From: Trypethelium eluteriae
Taxonomy: Eukaryota
Length of the DNA stretch: 20,000 nucleotides
Direction of reading: 5' to 3'
NCBI GenBank assembly: GCA_051942245.1
Contig: JAVECL010000041.1
Span: 61,687-81,686 of the forward strand
The notes under the pieces were generated by a model, which was given only the letters and a program-made list of their open reading frames with translations, was not told the origin of the DNA and made no database searches. The translations under genes and the position numbers were made by a program. Position 1 is the stretch's first letter. The number at the start of each line of letters is the position of its first letter. This document shows positions 10,819 through 20,000 of this stretch, piece after piece.

Positions 10819-12392
10819 ATGTCGTCGGCAGCTGTGGATATCGGTGATCACAACCAGCTAGCTCGCTCTGTTAGCAATTCCTTGAACCTGTCAACGTCAC
10901 CGACCGCAACCTTCCACTCTCTCTCTTCCAGTCATGGCGCGCGGAATGCTGCGGCAGCGGCCAAGCAGCTTAAGCCTTTTGCGACTCAAGATATAAAAGT
11001 GTTGTTGCTAGAAAATGTAAACCAGACAGGACGGAAAATCCTCGAAGAACAAGGCTATCAGGTGGAGTTCTTGAAGTCGTCGTTACCTGAAGATCAGCTC
11101 ATAAAGAAGATACGGTTCGTTACATTGGAGCCAGAAGACAAGTTTGTCCATAGTAGCAGTGGCTGATTAGTATGTGTAGAGAAGTCCACGTCATCGGCAT
11201 CCGCTCAAAGACTAAACTCACAGCACGCGTCCTACAAGAAGCCAAGAATCTCATCGTCATCGGATGTTTCTGTATAGGTACGAACCAGGTCGACCTTCAA
11301 TATGCTGCCGACCGGGGTATCACTGTATTCAATTCGCCCTTTAGTAATTCGAGAAGTGTCGCTGAACTTGTCATTGCTGAGATCATTTCCCTAGCGCGGC
11401 AGCTCGGGGACCGTTCAAATGAAATGCATCAGGGGATATGGAATAAGGTCAGTGCTGGCTGCTGGGAGGTTAGAGACAAGACCCTTGGCATCATCGGATA
11501 CGGACATATTGGCAATCAGTTGTCAGTGCTTGCCGAAGGAATGGGAATGGTTGTGATTTACTACGATGTGGTCAACCTCATGTCGATGGGCAAGGCGCGC
11601 CAGAAGGCCACGCTAGCAGAACTGTTGGATGCAGCCGATTTTGTCACCTGCCATGTGCCGGAACTACCAGAAACACTTAACATGATTGGAAAAGAGCAGT
11701 TCCAGCAGATGAAGCAGGGTAGTTACCTCATCAATGCCAGTCGTGGCAGCGTAGTGGACATCCCGGAGCTCATCAACGCAATGAGATCTGGGAAGCTTGC
11801 CGGCGCTGCTCTCGATGTGTATCCGAATGAACCTGGCGGTAATGGCGACTATTTCCACAATAACCTCAACGAATGGGCAGAAGATCTGCGGAGCCTCAAA
11901 AACATCATTCTTACCCCACATGTTGGCGGAAGCACGGAAGAAGCGCAGAGTGCAATTGGAGTAGAGGTTAGCAGTGCGCTTTGCCGGTTCGTCAATGAAG
12001 GAAACACAACAGGCGCAGTGAACATGCCAGAAGTGAGCGTGAGATCGTTGACTATTGAGGAGCCGAACCACGTCCGCATCATTTTCATCCACCGCAACAT
12101 TCCTGGCGTGTTGCGCAGAGGTGAGGGAGAATTGATCTGGTTAAAAACTCTAATACTGACTCGTGACTAGTAAACGCGATCCTTGAAAACCACAATATAG
12201 ACAAACAAACAACGGACAGCCGGGGCGAGATAGCATATTTGATGGCAGACATCAGCAATGTCAATGACAACGAGATCAGGGACATTGTACAAGATCTAGA
12301 AATGCTTCCCGGTAAGTGATGCTTTTCATTTAAAGACGATAATGCATATCTAACTACTTCCAGCTTGCATCAGGACGAGGGCATTGTATTAG
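10819..12392 (+). CDS. SER3: D-3-phosphoglycerate dehydrogenase (SER3/SER33), 468 aa, 4 exons
   Basis: Exons 10819-11114, 11180-12120, 12171-12311 and 12364-12392 total 1407 nt. Motifs: KVLLLENVN, IGIRSKTKL, GCFCIGTNQVDL, FNSPFSNSRSVAEL, GIIGYGHIG (NAD binding), NASRG, TPHVGGSTEEAQ and a C-terminal ACT-type domain (HRNIPGVLRRVN..). Confidence 0.97.
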
Positions 12393-12757
12393 GTGCGCAT
12401 GAGCGATTGCATTCTGTTGTGAGTTTTGGTGGTTCAACATAGAGGAGTAAAAAGGGGCTTTCGGCAGCATTCAACACGGACGCAGGCGTATATGGGATTG
12501 GAAACAACGGACTCATAAATTGGTGCGATGCCCACTTGTATCTCACGTGCACGTGTCTAGAGATAGATGTAGAAGTGATCGGCAAGGCAACGGGTGGTCT
12601 GAGTCGTGGCAAGAGATGCGTTGGCTTCTGAGCGGCGTCGAATTTTGAATTTTTTGATATTATTTTTTTTAAGGGGACGGAAGCACCAGGAGCCCCTGCA
12701 GATGCAAGCAGCGAGCCAAAGCTGGTGGAGCCGCATGTTCACGTTCAGGTCCAACCT

Positions 12758-12777
12758 TAGTTACGCCTAGTTACGCC
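12758..12777. repeat. Perfect tandem 10-mer (TAGTTACGCC)x2 in the myosin upstream region
   Basis: Read directly: tagttacgcc tagttacgcc, followed by the partial copy aacgcc. Confidence 0.8.
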
Positions 12778-13112
12778 AACGCCTCCCGGAGGCCCACCGC
12801 TGCCAACATTAATGTCCAACTAAACGCCATCCACGACTCCCTGATCACCGCTGAATCTACCACTTTTTCTTGATTGAATCTATTACTTGCCGTGGCTCGG
12901 GTGCCTTATCCATACCCCCCATCTCCTACCATCATGAATATTGACCCTTCCGTCCAGCCCCTGTGACGCTGAACGGGTTCCCCTCCGTCCTCCCCTGGAA
13001 CCCAATGCTCCCTGGGTAGTCCTGGCGTTGGGGTTTTTCTTCGTTTCGTGTTCGTAGGGAAGACTCTACCTGTCGGCCTCTGCGCAGGACAGGTCTCTGC
13101 TCTTCATTCATA

Positions 13113-16100
13113 ATGGCGCACAGCTACGATGTTGGGACCCAGGCCTGGCAGCCAGATCCGACCGAAGGTTGGGTCGCCTCAGAGGTCACAAAGAAACTTG
13201 TCGACGGCGACAATGTTAAACTGGTTTTCCAGCTGGCAAACGGAGAGGTGAGACCTTCTTAAACCCCCAAGCAGTTGCTTCGATTATCTCATGTTCCTGT
13301 GCTATTGCTAACATGCTTCGACCCTTCAAGATTAAGGAGATCAAGACGACCATCGCGGCACTTCAAGATGACAGTACCACCTCCTTACCACCTCTGGCGA
13401 ACCCGGCAATGTTGGAAGCTAGCGATGATCTCACAAACCTTTCACATCTTAATGAGCCAGCCGGTAATAAAAACACAATAGCTACTTGAGATCATGAAAC
13501 TGATGGACTTTACAGTATTACAAGCTATCAAGCTACGATATGCACAGAAAGAGATATATACGTATAGTGGCATCGTGTTGATCGCGACGAACCCATTTGC
13601 CCGAGTTGACTCGCTATACGTCCCCGGAATGGTCCAAGTTTACGCTGGCAAGCAGAGGTCAACACAAGCCCCTCACCTTTTTGCTATTGCTGAGGAAGCT
13701 TTCACGTACGATTTTTGATAATTCCCCACCAATTTGACGATGCTCACATGAACACAGAGACATGTTGCGGGATAATAAGAACCAAACCATCGTCGTGTCG
13801 GGAGAATCAGGAGCTGGCAAAACAGTCAGCGCCAAGTACATAATGCGATACTTTGCCACACGAGAAGCTCCCGAACAACCTGGAAAGAGATCGAAAGGGA
13901 AAGGTGATGCAATGAGCGAGACTGAGGAACAGATCCTGGCAACCAATCCCATCATGGAGGCCTTCGGAAACGCTAAGACGACTCGGAATGACAACTCCTC
14001 TCGGTTCGGAAAATACATAGAGATATTGTTCGATAACAACACAGAGATCATAGGGGCAAGAATAAGAACATACCTGCTGGAACGATCGAGATTAGTGTTC
14101 CAGCCTCTAAAGGAGAGGAATTACCACATATTCTACCAGCTAGTGGCAGGAGCGACAGATGAGGAGCGGGAGCAATTAGGACTGGTTCCCGTGGAACATT
14201 TTGAGTACCTCAACCAGGGTGGTTCTCACATTATCGACGGAGTGGATGACAAAGCCGAGTTTACTGCCACAAGACAGTCCCTCAGCACAATCGGAGTTGA
14301 GCAAGCCCGCCAGGCTCAGATCTTCAAGTTGTTGGCTGCTCTGTTGCATCTCGGCAACGTCAAGATTACTGCTACTCGTACGGATTCAGCACTAGCATCA
14401 GACGAGCCTTCGTTGGTCCGAGCATGCGAACTCCTTGGCATCAACCCTTCGGAATTCGCTAAATGGACAGTCAAAAAGCAATTGATCACCAGAGGCGAGA
14501 AGATCATGTCTAATCTTACACAACAACAAGCCATTGTTGTAAGAGACTCCGTCGCCAAGTTCATCTATTCTAGCCTATTTGATTGGTTGGTAGAGACTAT
14601 CAATGCTAGCTTGGCGAAGGAAGAGATCTTGAGCCAAGTCAACTCTTTTATCGGCGTTCTTGATATCTACGGATTTGAACACTTTGCTAAGAACTCTTTC
14701 GAGCAGTTCTGCATCAACTATGCCAACGAAAAATTACAGCAAGAGTTCAATCAGCATGTGTTCAAATTGGAACAGGAGGAATATGTGCGGGAAAAGATTG
14801 ATTGGACCTTTATTGACTTCTCCGACAATCAACCATGCATCGACTTGATCGAGGGGAAACTTGGTATTCTTTCTTTATTAGATGAGGAATCCCGGCTTCC
14901 AATGGGTTCAGACGAGTCCTTCGTTAACAAATTACACCATCATTATTCTGGCGACAAACATAAATTCTACAAGAAACCACGATTTGGCAAATCCGCTTTC
15001 ACCGTGTGCCATTATGCTATCGACGTCACCTATGAGTCTGACGGTTTCATAGAAAAGAACCGGGACACGGTGCCTGATGAGCATATGGAGAACCTGAAGG
15101 CTACGTCTAACAACTTTCTCTCCGAAGTCCTGGAGGCGGCTGCTGCTGCCAGAGACAAAGAAGGGTCTGCCGCTCAATCCAAACCCCAAGCAGTTGCGAA
15201 TTCAGGCCGAAGAGCAGGTGTTGCCGCAAACAGAAAGCCAACGCTTGGAGGGATCTTCAAGGCCTCACTGATAGAACTGATGGAAACCATCAATTCCACC
15301 GATGTGCATTACATTCGATGCATCAAACCAAATGAGAGCAAAGACGCATGGAAGTGGGAAGGCCCGATGGTGTTGAGCCAGCTTCGTGCCTGTGGTGTGC
15401 TCGAGACAGTCCGGATCAGCTGTGCTGGTTATCCGACACGATGGACGTACGAAGAATTCGCGCTCCGCTACTACATGCTCATCCCTTCCACCGAATGGAC
15501 TTCACAGATTCGGGATATGGCAAACAACATCCTGAAGAAAGCCTTGGGCGGCTCGACGAATGATGGACACGACAAGTATCAGCTGGGTCTGACAAAGATC
15601 TTCTTCCGGGCAGGAATGCTTGCGTTCCTTGAGAACTTGCGGCAGACGCGTTTGAACGAAGCTGCTATCATGATACAAAAGAATCTGCGGTGCAAGTACT
15701 ACCGACGAATATATTTGGAGGCTCGAGATTCCATTATCTTCTTCCAGGCAGCTGTCAGAGGCGTCATTGCTCGGCAACGAGCGGAGGATGCACGCCGCAC
15801 CAAGGCTGCAACCACAATTCAACGTGTTTGGAAGGGCTCGAACGAGAGGAAGAAATACAATATTATTCGGGCAGACATTATTGCATTCGAATCGCAAGCG
15901 AAGGGATATCTATGCCGAAAGAATATTCTCGATACAAGATTGGGCAATGCTGCAAGAACAATACAACGGTCATGGCGATCACATCGACAACTTCGATCAT
16001 GGAGGCAGTACCGTCGCAAAGCTGTCATACTCCAGAGTTTGTGGAGAGGGAAGAGCGCTCGGAAAACCTACAAAGGTCTCCGAGAAGAGGCTCGAGATCT

Positions 16101-18216
16101 CAAGCAGATCTCATACAAATTAGAGAACAAGGTTGTCGAACTTACCCAGACTCTCGGAACAGTCAGGCGAGAGAACAAGGCGCTAGCGAGTCAAGTGGAG
16201 AATTACGAGGGTCAGTTGAAATCGATGAGGACCAAGCAGAATGCACTGGAATCCAGATCCAAAGAGCTACAGGCCGAAGCCAATCAAGCCGGTATTGTCA
16301 CAGCCCAACTCAACGCCATGCAGGAAGAGATGTCACGGCTACAGAGGAGTTACGAGGAGTCCACATCAGGCTCCAAGCGCCTTCAGGACGAGGCAAAGAC
16401 ACTGCGGGACTCGCTTCGTGTTTCCAATCAAGAGCTCGAACTTGCCAAACAGAGCGGCAACCGACACGAGTCCGAAAAGCACACCCTACGACAACAGCTT
16501 ATTGACTTACAGGATCAGCTTGACATGGCTAAGCGTGCTGGACCGGTCAATGGAGAGTTGGTCAACGGAAATTCCAACCACGTCCCAGCCAGTGGGCTCA
16601 TCAACCTCGTTTCGTCGAAGAAGCCTAAGCGGAGAAGTGCCGGCCTCGAGCGGTCTGATATGGATCACCGGTTTAGCGCAGCCTACAGCCACCGACCTGT
16701 CTCACTTGCGGTGACAGGCGATAACCTGCACAACTTGTCTGGAACACCGTTTAGCCCAGCGCCCGATAACATTGGCTTGGAGCTGGTGGATCTTTTGTCT
16801 GAGGAAGAAGCTCTCAATGACGAAGTGACCCTAGGACTCATCCGAAATCTCAAGGTTCCCCCTCCGAGTGCCAACCCGCCTCCTGCGGACAAGGAGGTTC
16901 TGTTCCCTGCCTACCTTATCAACCTCGTAACGTCCGAGATGTGGAACAATGGCTATGTCAAAGAATCGGAGCGATTCTTAGCCAACGTCATGCAATCCAT
17001 CCAGCAGGAGGTCATGCAGCACGATGGCGATGAAGCTGTCAATCCCGGTGCATTCTGGCTTTCGAACGTTCACGAGATGCTGTCCTTTGTCTTCTTAGCA
17101 GAGGATTGGTATGAGAACCAAAAATTAGAGAATCTCGAATACGATCGATTGCTGGAGATTGTCAAACACGATCTCGAAAGTCTTGAGTTCAACATCTATC
17201 ATACATGGATGAAAGTTCTCAAGAAGAAATTGCAGAAGATGATTGTACCCGCTATCATTGAGTCGCAATCGTTGCCTGGCTTTGTCACGAATGAGAGCAA
17301 TAGATTCCTCGGCAAACTCCTGCAATCCAATAATACTCCGGCTTACAGCATGGACAATTTACTCAGTCTGCTGAATAACGTCTTCAAAGCTATGAAGGCT
17401 TACCATCTGGAAGACACGATCGTAACGCAGGCACTAACAGAGCTTCTCAGGCTCGTTGGTGTCACAGCATTCAACGATCTCCTTATGCGTCGGAATTTCC
17501 TTTCGTGGAAGCGTGGTCTCCAAATTAATTACAACATCACAAGAATCGAGGAGTGGTGTAAGAGTCACGACATGCCTGAGGGTACTTTGCAATTGGAGCA
17601 TCTGATGGTATAGAAAACCTATCCCTATCTCCCGCCATAACTACTAATCTTTCTTCTTTCTTTTAGCAAGCGACGAAGCTTCTCCAGCTAAAGAAGGCCA
17701 CCTTGAATGACATCGAGATCATTCAGGACATCTGTTGGATGTAAGTCTTTGATCCCGATATCTATGGTGGATGAGTGACTGATTTTTCGCGACACCAGGC
17801 TCTCACCAAATCAGATTCAGAAGCTCCTCAATCAGTATCTTGTCGCCGATTACGAACAGCCTATTAACGGCGAAATCATGAAAGCCGTCGCCTCTCGGGT
17901 CACGGAGAAGAGTGATGTCCTTTTGCTTACTGCTGTAGATATGGAGGACAGTGGACCATTTGAGATCGCGGAGCCACGTGTAATCACTGCCTTGGAGACG
18001 TACACTCCTTCCTGTAAGCTCTCCCTCGACCAGATTTATCCTTCGAAGCAGAGCTAACCTCTCCGAATAGGGCTCCAAATTCCCCGTCTCAAACGGTTAG
18101 CGGAGATAGTATCGGCCCAGGCCATGGCACAGGCGGAAAGGAACGAGCTCGATTACCCCGAAGGCAATGGCATAGACGGCCAGGCCATGGCCGATGTGAA
18201 TGGTAACGAAGCGTAG
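13113..18216 (+). CDS. MYO2: Class V myosin heavy chain (MYO2/myoV), 1580 aa, 7 exons
   Basis: Exons 13113-13247, 13331-13463, 13516-13705, 13758-17607, 17667-17740, 17799-18013 and 18071-18216 total 4743 nt. Motifs: DDLTNLSHLNEP, P-loop GESGAGKT, NDNSSRFGK, DIYGFE, an IQ-repeat neck, a coiled coil and a C-terminal DIL cargo domain (FLSWKRGLQINYNITRIEEWCK..QATKLLQL). Confidence 0.98.
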
Positions 18217-18943
18217 ACTTTGCACATTTTTAATTTTACTTCTGATGTGGCTGTCCTTCTCTCTATTCATGGGACAAGAAATCTTGGCTGCGTCGGCGCA
18301 GGCCGGCAGTAGCTGGTGTTTGGCATAATTTCTTGTACCTCCTCATTTTTGGGCTGGGCCTTTCAGTACCGGCGACGGTTTTCCTCTTCTTCCAGATCAT
18401 CAAGACAGCTGCGGGCGATTATCCCACAGTCACTCTGTCCCTAGAGCGTTTCCGGCATGTCGGGCGTTTACGTGATGAGGCCATGAGATCTATGGTGGCA
18501 CTCCTAGCGATATAAATATTATTACTATTATCCCTCCCGACAATGAGGAACGTAAGCAGGCTCTGATGAGCCGGAAAAATATGCCTTACTCTTCTAAAAT
18601 CCACGTGCAGCTTGGCGTTGGCTAGTTAGAGATGGGAACCCTGACTTTGTACAACTGCGACGCGCACTTGCCCAGCTCCATCATGCTGCGAACGTGACGC
18701 GTGGATGCATGACCATATGACCATCAAGCAGGTCATTCCTTGTAATAAACGGAGATACAAATGATCAACATCAAAGTGTGACATGTGCACTGTTCTGGCT
18801 TCTGCACACATTCACCAAGCAAAGAACGCCTGCGATCAAGATGTATCTGCTTAGCGTGGCAATAGATTCTGTATCCCAACTTTCTAGCACACACGACGAG
18901 CTCTCCTGGCTCCTTCAATAGCAATCACGAAGAGATTACTTCG

Positions 18944-20000
18944 ATGGCATCCGAGCCACTTTCGTGTCCCTTCTGTGGATACGAAACCAGAGATGCTTAC
19001 ACCATTACATTACATGTTGAGCAGTATCATACCGACGATTCGCCCTTCCAGATAAAAGACTCTTCACCGCCATCGCAACTTCCAGATCGGCATCAGCCTG
19101 ATAAGCCTTCCGAGCCCTACGCCTCACTAAAGGAGTCGCAAGATGAGTGGGCGCAATGTCCGCAAGCAGAATGCGGCGAGGAGGTCCTTCTCGAAGAACT
19201 CAATGAACATCTCGACCTGCATTTTGCGGAGAAATTAAGCTCAGAGGACGATGCCAGTATCGCTCGCTCAAGCATGGCTAGTTCAGCATCTTCCTCATAT
19301 TCTTTCGTTCAGACACATTCTTCTCCACATCTATCGCAAGATTCGCAACAGCAATCGTTATCTTACCAATCAGAGACTCCATCCGACTGCGATGGAAAGA
19401 CAGGTCTAAGACGCTCCATCCAAGGAAACAGCTCCATCAAAAAACAGCAGCAAACATCCAACAAAAGTCATGAACCTTCCAACTCCAACAACCTCCGACT
19501 CGGGGTATGAGCTCCTCTCCTCCCCGTAAGCTCCCCTCTCCAAACCCTCCAACTAACCCCTCTCTCCTCCTCCCAGAAAGCCGAACTCGGCCCCTACGCC
19601 TTCGAAGAGCAAATGCCCGCCTGGCTGCACGCCCAGCTCGCCACCGGCGGCAAAACCACGCGGACCACACGCATCAGCCCAACCGGCCACCTCTACACCA
19701 CGCGCGCGACCGAAAACGAAATCCCAGGACTCTTGCCCCTCCTCGCCCGCCTCCTCGCCTCAGATCCCAGCGTCGCGACCGCGTCCCTCTGCCACCCGTC
19801 CGTGCTGCATGTCAGCAAGCTGCCGCGCGAAGGCGGCTTCTGCGGCTATCGCAATGTGCAGATGTTGATTTCGTATCTGCGCGGCGCGAGGGCTCCTGGG
19901 TGGGACGCGCTTGGTGGTGGTGGTGGTGGTGGTGTTGGTGGCGGCCGGGGGGTAGAGGAAGAGCGGGTGCCGGGCGTGCTGGAGCTGCAGGAGGGGATCG
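18944..20000 (+). CDS. Zinc-finger-containing ZUP1/ZUFSP (Mug105-like) peptidase C78 family deubiquitinase, 5' part; truncated by the right edge
   Basis: Exon 1 (18944-19504) carries two C2H2/UBZ-like fingers: CPFC..HVEQYH and CPQAEC..LNEHLDLH. Intron 19505-19576 reads GTATGA..ACTAAC..CAG. Exon 2 from 19577 reads KAELGPYAFEEQMPAWL..EGGFCGYRNVQMLISY, matching the ZUFSP catalytic-Cys motif CGYRNxQML, and stays open to the edge. Confidence 0.88.
19913..19945 (+). repeat. (GGT)7 coding microsatellite plus degenerate copies, encoding a poly-Gly insertion
   Basis: GGT x7 at 19913-19933 followed by GTT GGT GGC GGC, in frame, giving GGGGGGGVGGG. Confidence 0.85.

Noticed and set aside
15690..16714. 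Alternative-frame ORFs of 271, 118 and 157 aa inside myosin
   Set aside because: They are low-information off-frame shadows of the IQ and coiled-coil coding region.
18333..18515. 60-aa hydrophobic ORF after myosin
   Set aside because: It starts at TTG, lies in the T-rich presumed myosin 3' UTR, and has no other support.

Overview
Intron-rich genomic DNA from a filamentous ascomycete (Pezizomycotina-type short GT-AG introns with CTRAC/CTRAT branch points). It is a gene-dense housekeeping region with seven protein-coding genes. These are a P5B-type ATPase (YPK9/ATP13A2-like, minus strand, runs off the left edge), glucose-6-phosphate dehydrogenase (10 exons), a SUT1/SUC/SLC45-family MFS transporter (7 exons), nucleosome assembly protein NAP1 (5 exons), 3-phosphoglycerate dehydrogenase (4 exons), class V myosin (7 exons) and a zinc-finger ZUP1/ZUFSP-type C78 peptidase (runs off the right edge). 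I built the exon models by hand, and all five complete genes join to an intact frame. I saw no mobile element, tRNA, rRNA or CRISPR array. The most interesting signal lies upstream of the transporter: two uORFs overlap by ATGA, one ending Pro-Ser-stop and the other ending KPWYPP-stop. These endings resemble the eIF5A/polyamine-sensitive arrest peptides known from polyamine genes. Other points are uORFs ahead of the P5B ATPase and the myosin, a PTS1-like C-terminus on G6PD, a CaaX-encoding terminal exon on NAP1, and a sharp strand-skew flip inside the ZUP1-like gene. All regulatory interpretations are inference and need conservation or expression data.
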